Positions 27,641 to 36,314 are shown, counted from the first letter of the stretch. The stretch: DNA of 37,971 bases from an uncultured Gemmatimonadales bacterium (GCA_963793305.1 CAWBZV010000019.1:1-37971), one strand, 5' to 3'. Numbers and translations are program-made. Notes: a model not told the origin generated them from the letters alone.

Positions 27641-27656
27641 GACAGTTTTTTCTGTC
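27641..27656. promoter_or_regulatory. Inverted repeat GACAG-N6-CTGTC, probable operator of the downstream HTH regulator
   Basis: GACAGTTTTTTCTGTC abuts the -35 box. An overlapping TCTGTC-TT-GACAGA palindrome (27651-27664) spans the -35. Confidence 0.55.
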
Positions 27657-27685
27657 TTGACAGAGACTGTGGACGAGGTTAGCGT
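27657..27685 (+). promoter_or_regulatory. Sigma70-type promoter for a leaderless transcript
   Basis: TTGACA (27657-27662), 17 nt spacer, TAGCGT (27680-27685), 7 nt, ATG 27693. No SD. Confidence 0.8.
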
Positions 27686-27692
27686 ATCCGCT

Positions 27693-28304
27693 ATGCAGTC
27701 CGCGCTCGCCGTCGTGCAATCGCCGGAGCAGGCCGCCGCCCTGCTCGACCCCGTGCGCCTCCGCGTGCTCGAGCACATGCGCGAGCCGGAATCGGCGGCC
27801 GGTGTCGCCCGCGCCCTCACCCTTCCCCGCCAGCGCGTCGGCTATCACGTGCGCGCGCTCGAGGATGTCGGTCTGCTGGAGTCGGTCGGCGACCGCAAGC
27901 GCGGCAACTGTGTCGAGCGCCTGCTGCGCACGACCGCCCGCCAGTTCGTGATCGCGCCGCAGGCCCTGGGTGCCCTCGGCGTCTCCGCCGAGGCTTTTCG
28001 CGATCGCTTCTCCAGCTCCTACTTGATCGCCACGGCCGCCCGCACGATTCGGGAGGTCGGCGAGCTCCAGGAGCGCGCCGCGACCTCCGGCAGATCCTTG
28101 CCGACGTTCACGCTGGAGACCGAAGTGCGATTCGCTTCGCCAGCCCGCCAGGCCGCGTTCGCCCAGGCACTGGCCGAGTCTCTGGCATCACTCGTGGCCG
28201 AGTACCATGACGAAACGGGTCGCACGTTTCGCGTGACGCTCGGTGCCCACCCCGCCCACCCCGCCCACCACACCCACTCCAAACGTCCCGGTACATCCCA
28301 ATGA
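27693..28304 (+). CDS. ArsR-like winged HTH transcriptional regulator
   Basis: LLDPVRLRVLEHMREPESAAGVARAL.LPRQRVGYHVRALE..GL, DRFSSSYL, LPTFTLETEVRFAS. Confidence 0.88.
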   Translation: MQSALAVVQSPEQAAALLDPVRLRVLEHMREPESAAGVARALTLPRQRVGYHVRALEDVGLLESVGDRKRGNCVERLLRTTARQFVIAPQALGALGVSAEAFRDRFSSSYLIATAARTIREVGELQERAATSGRSLPTFTLETEVRFASPARQAAFAQALAESLASLVAEYHDETGRTFRVTLGAHPAHPAHHTHSKRPGTSQ

Positions 28305-28996
28305 CCGACACAGTGCCGACTCGCTCGGTAGACGTCACGACCGAGATCGCCGCGCCCGCCGACGCCGTCTGGGCAGCGCTGACGCAGGCCGAGCTCCTCG
28401 CCCGCTGGTTCTCGCCGACCGCCGAGCGCGATGGCGACAAGGTTCGCCTGGCGTGGGGCCCGGATATGGTGATGGAAGAGCGCTTCGTCGAGGTGGAAAA
28501 GGGTCGTCATCTCCGCTGGGCCGACACCCCTGACGCGCCGATCATCGTCGACTGGCATCTGGAGACCAAGGGCGGCCACACGGTGGTGCGCCTCGTCCAA
28601 TCGGGCCTCTCGGCGAGCGCCGAGTGGGACGATGCGTACGACTCGTTCGAGACGGGCTGGCGCTATTTCTTGTTCAACCTCAGGCACTATCTCACGCGCC
28701 ATCGCGGGACGCCGCGCGATATGGCGTGGACCCGCCGCCCGACTGAGCTCACCCGACCCGTGCTGTGGGAACGCCTGATGAGCGCGGTCAAAAAGGTGAC
28801 GCCACGGGCGGTTATCGCGGAGCTCAAGCCATCCCGCGGCGTCTGGGCCACGATACCGGAGCTCAACGACGCAGTGCTCTTCCTCGAGATCGAAGGCAAG
28901 ACCTTGGGCGTCTACCTGTCGACGTATGGCTTGCCGGCCGACAAGGTTCGCGAACTGCAACCTTGGATCGACGACTTCTCACTTGTGGCAACTTGA
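28301..28996 (+). CDS. SRPBCC/AHSA1 (START-like) domain protein
   Basis: IAAPADAVWAALT..ELLARWF, TVVRLVQSG, GWRYFLFNLRHYL. ATGA overlap with the regulator. Confidence 0.88.
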   Translation: MTDTVPTRSVDVTTEIAAPADAVWAALTQAELLARWFSPTAERDGDKVRLAWGPDMVMEERFVEVEKGRHLRWADTPDAPIIVDWHLETKGGHTVVRLVQSGLSASAEWDDAYDSFETGWRYFLFNLRHYLTRHRGTPRDMAWTRRPTELTRPVLWERLMSAVKKVTPRAVIAELKPSRGVWATIPELNDAVLFLEIEGKTLGVYLSTYGLPADKVRELQPWIDDFSLVAT

Positions 28997-29003
28997 GTAC
29001 CGC

Positions 29004-29031
29004 TGCGCCGTGTGACATTTCGCACGGCGCA
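29004..29031. promoter_or_regulatory. Inverted repeat containing a CRP/FNR-like box (TGTGA-N6-GCACG, 29011-29026); alternatively a terminator hairpin
   Basis: TGCGCCGTG-TGA catt TCG-CACGGCGCA. The box centre lies ~42 nt upstream of the leaderless GTG at 29061. Confidence 0.5.
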
Positions 29032-29060
29032 CCTGCCCTGGGGGCGGTAACATCACGACC

Positions 29061-29330
29061 GTGCAAGTGGACGGTGTGCCGTTGCCGCCCTTCCCACCCC
29101 GACTGGTCAGCGCCGCCGAACGCCTCCGGTTCACGTCGCTCCCAGCGCCGGCGCACGTCCGTGAGTTCCGCGAAGCCCTGATCGAGTACTGCCGCCATCT
29201 CCGGGACCAGGGCCTGCCCCGCGATCGCATCATTTCCATGATCTGGCCGACGTTCGTCGGCGTCGTCCCCGCCCACGTAGTCTCGGCCGCCACGGCTTGG
29301 TGCCTGGCGGTCTACGACCGCGCCGACTGA
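29061..29330 (+). CDS. Small helical hypothetical protein
   Basis: FREALIEYCRHLRDQGLPRDRII...AWCLAVY pattern. TAACAT 7 nt before GTG. Confidence 0.6.
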   Translation: MQVDGVPLPPFPPRLVSAAERLRFTSLPAPAHVREFREALIEYCRHLRDQGLPRDRIISMIWPTFVGVVPAHVVSAATAWCLAVYDRAD

Positions 29331-29364
29331 CGCCAGGCGCCTCCCGCGCGTCTTTCAGAGCGGG

Positions 29365-30306
29365 ATGTCTCGCCTCCGTCAATTCCTCGGTCTCTCTCCG
29401 CGCCAGCGCTGGCCAATGGATCCGCCGCGCGCTCCGGTCGCCGTCTGCGAATCCGACGGCTGGTTCGGGTTCATGGTCGAGGTACTCTACCCCGAGGCGC
29501 ACCGCATTGAGCTGACCCCCGGGGACCGGGTGTCTCGGATACTGACCCAGATGCCGCCCTCAACTCGTGGGGCATTGCTCAACGTAAACCTGAGCCAAAC
29601 CAGAGATTTCATAGAGCAGGATGTCCCCTGGCCGATGCCTGCCCTGAACATCAACGCCACCGACGTCAGAAAGCGCACGATCCACACGCGCGCCCTCGCC
29701 GCGGGTCTGCCAACGGCCGCCGCGAAGCAGTCGGGTCCGCCGGACGAGCGCGTCATCATCAAGACCACGCTCAACTACGCCGGCAAACCAGAGCGCCTCA
29801 TGCGGGACCGTTGGGGCTCTCGTGCGGCCCCGTTCACGACTGACTTGAGCGACCGGATCGAGTACGTGGTCTGCCGCCGCGACGAGGTGCCCGCGCCCAT
29901 CTGGACCGACCAGTCGCTCGTGGTCGAGCGCTACATCACGAACCCGGATGGCCTCTTCATCCGCGCGTATGTCGTCGGCCCCGCGGCGGTCGTCACCCTC
30001 GCCTGGGCCACGAGCGACATCAAGAAACTCTCGCTCCCTCAACGAGACCGCCGCGACTACTACTTCTGGGACTTGAGCGCAATCGGCCCGACGTCCGAGA
30101 TCGCGGCCCGCGCGCTCGCCACAGCGCGCCCGTTGGCATCAGCGCTCGGCGTCGACTTCTGCGGCATCGACTGCGCGGTCGACGTCGATGGCACGATCAT
30201 CCCGGTCGATGTCAACAAGACGCCATACTGGGGCCACCCGAGACAGTCCCCAGTCTTATCCCACCTGCGGCACGGCTTCAACGCGCTGATCGGCGATTTC
30301 ACGTAG
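29365..30306 (+). CDS. ATP-grasp-fold protein of unknown substrate
   Basis: VIIKTTLNYAG, LVVERYI, FIRAYVVG, LGVDFCGIDCAVD..G.IIPVDVNKTP. Confidence 0.7.
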   Translation: MSRLRQFLGLSPRQRWPMDPPRAPVAVCESDGWFGFMVEVLYPEAHRIELTPGDRVSRILTQMPPSTRGALLNVNLSQTRDFIEQDVPWPMPALNINATDVRKRTIHTRALAAGLPTAAAKQSGPPDERVIIKTTLNYAGKPERLMRDRWGSRAAPFTTDLSDRIEYVVCRRDEVPAPIWTDQSLVVERYITNPDGLFIRAYVVGPAAVVTLAWATSDIKKLSLPQRDRRDYYFWDLSAIGPTSEIAARALATARPLASALGVDFCGIDCAVDVDGTIIPVDVNKTPYWGHPRQSPVLSHLRHGFNALIGDFT

Positions 30307-31125
30307 GACATCGCGCAGCTCGGTCGTACCACGTCGCACATCAGTGACGCCATCCTCGACCTCAATGCGCCCGGCGTTGTGGGCCACGAACAACTCGGCG
30401 ACGAGCTGCGCGTAACTCTCGCTGATCCCGCCACGCGTGAGCGTCGGCACCCATTCCGCTTGCGGCAGCTCCGTCACCTGCACGCCGATCGCCTCGGCCA
30501 CATCCCGCGCGCTGTACCGTCGGGGACCCTCGACATACACCACCCGAGTCGCCGGCTCCAACAACAAATCGGCCGCGACGAGCCCCACGTCGGAGGCTGA
30601 GACCGTGGGAAATTGTTTGGTCACGGGATGGTGGAGCGTCGCCAGCGTGCCCGTCTTGAGCGCCGTCGGCACCTGCCGCGCCCAATTCTGCATATGCTCC
30701 GCCGACCGCACGAACGTCACGTCGGCCCGCACACGCCGCAGGCGCTCTTCCAGGAAGCGAAAGAGCATAGTGATGCCAGTTCCCTGTGGTACCTCGGCGC
30801 CGTAATCGGATATGGCGACGATGTAATCCGGCTCGGTGTGCTCGAGCGCGGCGCAGATCGATTCGATCATGCGCACCATCTCGCCGCTGGCGTTCGTGGC
30901 CCGCGGGTTCGTCGGGCAGATGACCTGTACGGTTTCCGCCCCATCTAGGCTCAAGCGAACCGCCCGCGTATCGGCCAGGTCGGCCACCGCTAGGTCGACC
31001 CCCGAGCCCAAGTCGGTCGCTTTCGCGGGGTCGCGCACGACGGCCCGCACCGGCACGCGCTGCTGCCGGAGGGCCTTAATGGTCGCGCGCCCGATCTTAC
31101 CGGTCGCGCCGAGGACGGCGATCAC
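30256..31125 (-). CDS. NmrA-like NAD(P)H-binding protein
   Basis: VLGATGKIG, VRAVVRD, RSAEHMQNW, TVSASDVG, VEGPRRYS. Confidence 0.9.
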   Translation of the reverse strand: MIAVLGATGKIGRATIKALRQQRVPVRAVVRDPAKATDLGSGVDLAVADLADTRAVRLSLDGAETVQVICPTNPRATNASGEMVRMIESICAALEHTEPDYIVAISDYGAEVPQGTGITMLFRFLEERLRRVRADVTFVRSAEHMQNWARQVPTALKTGTLATLHHPVTKQFPTVSASDVGLVAADLLLEPATRVVYVEGPRRYSARDVAEAIGVQVTELPQAEWVPTLTRGGISESYAQLVAELFVAHNAGRIEVEDGVTDVRRGTTELRDVLREIADQRVEAVPQVG

Positions 31126-31128
31126 AAG

Positions 31129-31320
31129 TTACGCGGCGCGTTGGGGATGGCGTGGATGGTTCACAAACCGCTCGAGGGCCGATAGCGCCCGCGCCTGCCA
31201 CTCCTCCCTGACCTCTCCGGGCCGCCGGAGCACGTCCTGCTCCGTGCCGTCCTCGGTCCGAAGACGGAGCCAGTCACCTTCTTCTTTCATCGTAAACCGA
31301 CCTACCGGGGCGTACCACAT
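31129..31320 (-). CDS. Small hypothetical protein (63 aa)
   Basis: SD AGGAG 6 nt before ATG 31320. Stop is 3 nt before the NmrA-like start. Confidence 0.55.
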   Translation of the reverse strand: MWYAPVGRFTMKEEGDWLRLRTEDGTEQDVLRRPGEVREEWQARALSALERFVNHPRHPQRAA

Positions 31321-31331
31321 ATGCTGCTCCT

Positions 31332-31375
31332 GCGTCCACACGTTATCAACAATATATCCACACCCGTGTGGACTC
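31332..31375. promoter_or_regulatory. Cluster of four DnaA-box-like 9-mers
   Basis: GCGTCCACA (31332), TTATCAACA (31343) and ATATCCACA (31354) at an exact 11-bp period, then inverted TGTGGACTC (31367). Consensus is TTATNCACA. Confidence 0.55.
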
Positions 31376-31410
31376 GTAACTTGGGCAGAAGTAACGCAAA
31401 ATTATCGCCA

Positions 31411-33657
31411 ATGGCTATCACGCAATGGCTGGCGGCGTTCCTACTGCTAACTACCACGTCCGCAGCCCAAACGATCCAAGGAACCGTTACCTCGGCCGGC
31501 TCACCGGTCGTCGGCGCCACCGTCCGCCTCCTGGAGCTCGACCGGACGGACCGCACGGGCTCCAAAGGCGAGTTCCGATTCTCCGAGGTCCCGCGCGGCA
31601 CGTATCGGGTCTACGTCGGCGTGACCGGCTACCTCGCCTTAACTGACACCGTGCACCTCACGGAATCGACCGCGTCACTCTCGTTCAAGCTCACTCCGTC
31701 GGCGATCCCGCTCAAAGAGATCGTCGTCTCGGCCTCTCCGATCGCTCGCCCGAGCGACGAGGAGTACCAGCCGACCGAGTCGAAATCACAGGTCGATCTC
31801 GACAACAGCCCGGGGTCGAATTTCGCCGAGAAGATCTCTGATCTCCCAGGCGTGAACGCCCAATGGAACGGCTCGGCCGCCGCCCGCCCGATTTTGCGCG
31901 GGCTCGGCGACAACGAGGTGCTCATCCTCGAGAACGGGCTCCGCATGGGCGACATCGCGACATTCGACCCGGCGCACGCCACGCCGATCGATGCCCTGAG
32001 CATCGCACAGATCAACGTCGTGCGGGGGCCGGCGACAATCCTCTACGGTTCCAGCACGATCGGCGGGATCGTGAACGTGATCACCAACAACATCCCGTTG
32101 CCATCCGATCACGTCCTGTCCGGCACGGCCGCGCTCGAAGCGAATAGCGTGAACAGCGAGTATGCCGGCTATACGAATACGGTCTTCACCTCCGGCGGGT
32201 CCGCGTTCCACGTATCAGCGGGCGGGATACACGCGACGAACATCGGCATACCCGCTGGGATCTATCCCGATCCGGTGAGCGGCATGCCGTTTTCGCTGCA
32301 CACGATCCCACAGTCCGATGATCGCAGCGCCGAAGAGGGCGCCGGGTATTCGTATCAGGGGACCTTCGGGATGGTCGGGGTCGGGGCCAAGCATTTCGAG
32401 ACCGACTACGGGATCCCCGGCCTGCCCCCCAATGCGAATTGGCTCAATGTCCCGCCGACGACCTCTCGCATCCACCAACAACGCAACACCGTCGAGCTCC
32501 GGGCCCTCGTCTCTGGGCTCAAGCTCAACGTCGCGTACGACGACTACCTCCACTCGGAATTCCCGACGCTGCAGGATTCGACAGGGGTCAGTGACCCGCA
32601 GGCCAACCATTTCCACAAAGTCGAAGTCAACGGCACCCTGCAGTTCGAGCAGCCGCACATCGGCCGCTTGTCAGGCACCCTGGGCCTCTTCACGGATATC
32701 CAGGATCTGACCATTGAGGGCCAACAGCCGCTGGGCCCGAACTCCCGCACGACCGACCTGGCGGCGTACGCCTACGAGGAGTACTTGGTCGCCCCGCAGA
32801 CCCGCTTGCAGGCCGGCGTGCGCTACGACTACAACAAGATCCAGACGCGCCCGTTCTCGCAGTCGCAGGACTCGACGTTCCAGACGATCAACGTCTCGCG
32901 GCTCTCGAACGCGGTGACCGCATCAGTCGGCGCCATACAGCAACTCGGGTCGGGTCTCACCGGCAGCCTGAGCCTCGCGCGGTCATTCCGGGCGCCGACC
33001 GTGCAGGAGCTGTTCGCGAACGGGCTCGATGCGTCGAGCGGAACCTATTCGATCGGTGACGCGACCCTCGGCCCCGAGGCCGGGTACGGCATCGATGCGT
33101 CGCTCAAGGGCAGTTATGCGAACGCGACGTTCGAGCTCACGCCGTACGCGAATTTCATCAGCCACTACATCTACGGCTTCCTGACCGGCGATACGATCCA
33201 GGGCTTCCCCGTGCGCCAGTTCACCTCGAGCGATGCGCGGCTGTGGGGGTTCGAGGCGGCGGCCACCGTCTCGCCAATCCAATACATCGCGCTCCGCGCG
33301 AGCACCGACTACGTGAACGCGACGAACACGCAGCTCGACGTTCCCCTGCCGTTCATTCCGCCATGGCGCGGCCTCTTGCGCGCGACCTATCAGGACGCGA
33401 CGTACATGGGCATGGTCGAATGGCGCGGCGCCGCCGCCCAAACCCGACTCGGCGCCGGCGACACACCCACGTCCGGCTACGCCATGTACAACTTGGGCGC
33501 CGGGATCAGATTCCCGCAGGGCGGCGTGGTGCACAACATCAGCTTGCACCTGGACAACGTCTTCAATCGCCGGTACTACGACGCGGTCTCGGTGATCAAG
33601 ACGTGGGTGTCCCAGCCTGGCCGCGGCGTGCGGCTCAACTACGAGATCCAGTACTAA
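31411..33657 (+). CDS. TonB-dependent receptor with N-terminal carboxypeptidase-regulatory-like domain (ZnuD-like metal receptor group)
   Basis: Signal peptide, TonB-box-like EIVVSAS, ARPILRGLG, VVRGPATILYGSSTIGGIVNVI, YGIPG, SFRAPTVQELFANG, LDNVFNRRY, QPGRGV. Confidence 0.93.
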   Translation: MAITQWLAAFLLLTTTSAAQTIQGTVTSAGSPVVGATVRLLELDRTDRTGSKGEFRFSEVPRGTYRVYVGVTGYLALTDTVHLTESTASLSFKLTPSAIPLKEIVVSASPIARPSDEEYQPTESKSQVDLDNSPGSNFAEKISDLPGVNAQWNGSAAARPILRGLGDNEVLILENGLRMGDIATFDPAHATPIDALSIAQINVVRGPATILYGSSTIGGIVNVITNNIPLPSDHVLSGTAALEANSVNSEYAGYTNTVFTSGGSAFHVSAGGIHATNIGIPAGIYPDPVSGMPFSLHTIPQSDDRSAEEGAGYSYQGTFGMVGVGAKHFETDYGIPGLPPNANWLNVPPTTSRIHQQRNTVELRALVSGLKLNVAYDDYLHSEFPTLQDSTGVSDPQANHFHKVEVNGTLQFEQPHIGRLSGTLGLFTDIQDLTIEGQQPLGPNSRTTDLAAYAYEEYLVAPQTRLQAGVRYDYNKIQTRPFSQSQDSTFQTINVSRLSNAVTASVGAIQQLGSGLTGSLSLARSFRAPTVQELFANGLDASSGTYSIGDATLGPEAGYGIDASLKGSYANATFELTPYANFISHYIYGFLTGDTIQGFPVRQFTSSDARLWGFEAAATVSPIQYIALRASTDYVNATNTQLDVPLPFIPPWRGLLRATYQDATYMGMVEWRGAAAQTRLGAGDTPTSGYAMYNLGAGIRFPQGGVVHNISLHLDNVFNRRYYDAVSVIKTWVSQPGRGVRLNYEIQY

Positions 33658-33729
33658 CGTCGTGAGTTGAGGTCGTGACATGTTGAGGGCGTGGCCGTCT
33701 GCAGTATAGTGGTGGCCCGCTTCCTCACC

Positions 33730-35643
33730 ATGCCGTCGCTATCGGCGACGTATGACCCGCTGCTCGTCGTGGGTTCGCTCGTGGTGGCCACGTTTGCTGC
33801 GTATACGGCGCTGACACTGACGGGCCGCGTGTCGTCGGCCGGCGCGCGCCGCACCCGCACCGTATGGCTCGCCACAGGCGCGCTGGCGATGGGTGTCGGC
33901 ATCTGGGGCATGCACTTCATCGGCATGCTGGCGCTGCGATTGCCGATACCGATCGCGTACGACATCCCGGAGGTTCTGGCATCGATCGCGGTCGCGTGTG
34001 TGGCGTCATGGCTCGCGCTGAGCGTCGCCGCCAGCTCCGCACTGCGCGCGCGCCGCTTGGCGGTGGCCGGCGCCGTGCTCGGCGCGGCGATCAGTGGCAT
34101 GCACTACACGGGAATGGCCGCCGTGCGGCTCTCCGGCTACATCCAGTACGACCAATGGCGCGTCGCGGCGTCCATCGCGGTCGCCGTGATCGTCGCGCTG
34201 GCCGCCCTCTGGATCGCCTTCCAATTTCGCGACGACGCGGCCAACGCCAGACGCACCGTCGCCTCACTCAGAAAATGGGGTGCCGCGGCGCTGATGGGAT
34301 TCGCGGTCGCCGGCATGCATTACACGGCAATGTCGGCCGCGCATTTCCACGCGTCACTCACCACGGACCGCACGGGCCGCTACCTGCTGGCCGACGATGG
34401 AATGGCGATACTGGTGGGGGTCGCCACCGCGCTCGTCCTCGGCGCCACACTGACCGCTGCGCTGATTGACCGCGGGCGCCGGATGCGCCTGGCGGTCGAC
34501 GCTGCCCGGCGCGAGCGTGAGGCACAGTTGGAGCGCGCCGTCGCCGACCGGACCGCACACCTGGCCGCGGCCGAGGCGAGATTCCGACTCCTGTCCGACG
34601 CAACAACCGACGGCATTGCCATCACGCGCGACGGCGTCGTGCTCGAGACCAACCGCGCCTGGCGCCGCATGTTCGCCGTCGCGTCTCCACCGGGCCAGTC
34701 GTCTGGCCTCGTCGTCGACCTCGTCGCGCCGGAAGATCGGGAGGTCGTGGGTGGGCTGCTCGCCAATCCACCGGACAGTGAGTCAGAGGTGCACTGCGTC
34801 GGTCCCGACCAGACCCTGTTTCTCGGCTCGCTCACGATCAAGGATGGGATGTGGAACGGCGTGCGGGCGCAGATCCTGGTGATCCGCGACATCTCGGCGA
34901 TCCGGCGCATCGAGCAACTGAAGAACGAGCTCGTGTCCACCGTCTCGCACGAGCTGCGCACGCCGCTGACATCGATCCGCGGCGCGCTGGGCCTCATCGA
35001 ACACGGCGTCGATGGCCAGCTCAGTCCGTCGCTGCTCAGTCTCGTTCGGATCGGTCGAAGCAACTGCGATCGGCTGATCCGGCTGATCAACGATCTGCTG
35101 GATCTGGACAAGATGAACATTGGCCGGCTCGAGCTCCACATGGAGTCGCTCGCGATGGCCGACGTGATCCAGACGACGCTCGACGAGCTGCGACCAATGG
35201 CGGTCGATTACGGCGTATCCATCCGAGCGCGCTTGGCGCCCGACCTGCCGCGCGTCCAAGGCGACCGAGACCGACTGTCCCAGGTGCTGACCAACCTCGC
35301 GGCCAACGCGATCAAGTTCACCCCACGCGGTTCCACCGTCGTCGTGAGCGCGGTCACCGTACCCGCCTCCCTCGACGGCATTCGCATCGCCGTCGAAAAT
35401 CCCGGCCCCGGGATAGCCGCCGAGGACATCTCCCGCCTCTTCCGCCCGTTCCAACAACTGGACGCCTCGGACAACCGCGCGCGAGGCGGTACCGGACTGG
35501 GGTTGGCGATCGCGAAGGCGATCATTCAACGCCACGGCGGGTCGATCGGCGTGGAGTCTAAGCCCAATGTGCTGACGACGTTTTGGTTCGAGCTTCCCGG
35601 CGCTTTAGTTCCGTCTGATCGGAGTACAGCCTTCGTTCCGTGA
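33730..35643 (+). CDS. MHYT-PAS sensor histidine kinase
   Basis: IWGMHFIGM, MHYTGM and MHYTAM repeats, PAS-like segment, VSHELRTPL, NLAANAIKF, GGTGLGLAI. An alternative GTG start lies at 33691. Confidence 0.95.
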   Translation: MPSLSATYDPLLVVGSLVVATFAAYTALTLTGRVSSAGARRTRTVWLATGALAMGVGIWGMHFIGMLALRLPIPIAYDIPEVLASIAVACVASWLALSVAASSALRARRLAVAGAVLGAAISGMHYTGMAAVRLSGYIQYDQWRVAASIAVAVIVALAALWIAFQFRDDAANARRTVASLRKWGAAALMGFAVAGMHYTAMSAAHFHASLTTDRTGRYLLADDGMAILVGVATALVLGATLTAALIDRGRRMRLAVDAARREREAQLERAVADRTAHLAAAEARFRLLSDATTDGIAITRDGVVLETNRAWRRMFAVASPPGQSSGLVVDLVAPEDREVVGGLLANPPDSESEVHCVGPDQTLFLGSLTIKDGMWNGVRAQILVIRDISAIRRIEQLKNELVSTVSHELRTPLTSIRGALGLIEHGVDGQLSPSLLSLVRIGRSNCDRLIRLINDLLDLDKMNIGRLELHMESLAMADVIQTTLDELRPMAVDYGVSIRARLAPDLPRVQGDRDRLSQVLTNLAANAIKFTPRGSTVVVSAVTVPASLDGIRIAVENPGPGIAAEDISRLFRPFQQLDASDNRARGGTGLGLAIAKAIIQRHGGSIGVESKPNVLTTFWFELPGALVPSDRSTAFVP

Positions 35644-36081
35644 CGTGTCGGAGATGTGGAAAATCTTCCATCCGTCCGGCCCTTTCCTGAGCAGGAACGC
35701 GTCGACGCCGCAGTGATCGACGGCGGTCTTGCCGCCTGGGGTGAACGTGTAGTACGCCCACACGGACGCCATCGGGCCGTCGATCTGGATCTTGGTGTCC
35801 TTGATCTGCTCGTCGCCACCCGGACCCGTCCCGGCGGCGACGCGATCAATGAACGCATTCATCACGATCGGCTCGCCGAGTGTCCCGGTCGCGGACACGC
35901 GATCGAGCACGGTCGACGGGACAATGGTCGACCGCATCATCGCGCTATCGCGTGCGCGCATCCCATCGAACATTTTGGCGATCACGGCCTTCACCGCCTG
36001 CTCGTCAGACTGCGCCCGCACGATAGGGGCGACCGTGGCGATGGTCGCCGCGGCCAGCAGAGCTCGCGTCATATGTGACAT
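35605..36081 (-). CDS. Secreted NTF2-family protein
   Basis: Signal peptide, AVIAKMFDGMRARDS, IQIDGPMASVWAYY.F, HCGVDAF.L..GWKI. TAGCTT 7 nt before ATG 36081, alternative ATG at 36072. Confidence 0.85.
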   Translation of the reverse strand: MSHMTRALLAAATIATVAPIVRAQSDEQAVKAVIAKMFDGMRARDSAMMRSTIVPSTVLDRVSATGTLGEPIVMNAFIDRVAAGTGPGGDEQIKDTKIQIDGPMASVWAYYTFTPGGKTAVDHCGVDAFLLRKGPDGWKIFHISDTSRNEGCTPIRRN

Positions 36082-36158
36082 GCGCGACAAGCTAGTCGCG
36101 ACCGTCCACACGGGAAACGAACACTTGGCTAACTTACGGTTCCAACCAGCGAGGCCGT

Positions 36159-36314
36159 ATGTCGAGTGTGCTGCCCGCGGGTACATCCGCGCCCGATTTC
36201 ACCCTACCGGTGACTCCCGACCAGAAGATCTCGCTGCGTGACTTGCGTGGCCAGCCGGTGATCTTGGCATTTTATCCGGCTGATTGGAGTCCGGTGTGCG
36301 GCGATCAGATGGCG
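36159..36314 (+). pseudogene. Peroxiredoxin (AhpC/TSA, AhpE-like), 5' fragment only; not in the ORF track
   Basis: MSSVLPAGTSAPDFTLPVTPDQKISLRDLRGQPVILAFYPADWSPVCGDQMA contains the PxxxSxxC active site. The frame runs into unrelated sequence and stops at 36332. Confidence 0.9.

Noticed and set aside
28245..28270. Short tandem repeat (GCCCACCCC)n
   Set aside because: It has under three units and encodes an HPAHPAHH tail, so it is not a meaningful VNTR.
29061..30306. Graspetide RiPP cluster (small ORF plus ATP-grasp)
   Set aside because: The small ORF looks like a folded helical protein without a leader or repeated Ser/Thr/Lys-Asp/Glu core motifs, and no transporter or protease is linked.
31332..31410. 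Chromosomal origin oriC
   Set aside because: The region is short, with few strong boxes, no clear unwinding element and no dnaA/dnaN/gidA neighbours. It is kept only as a DnaA-box-like cluster.
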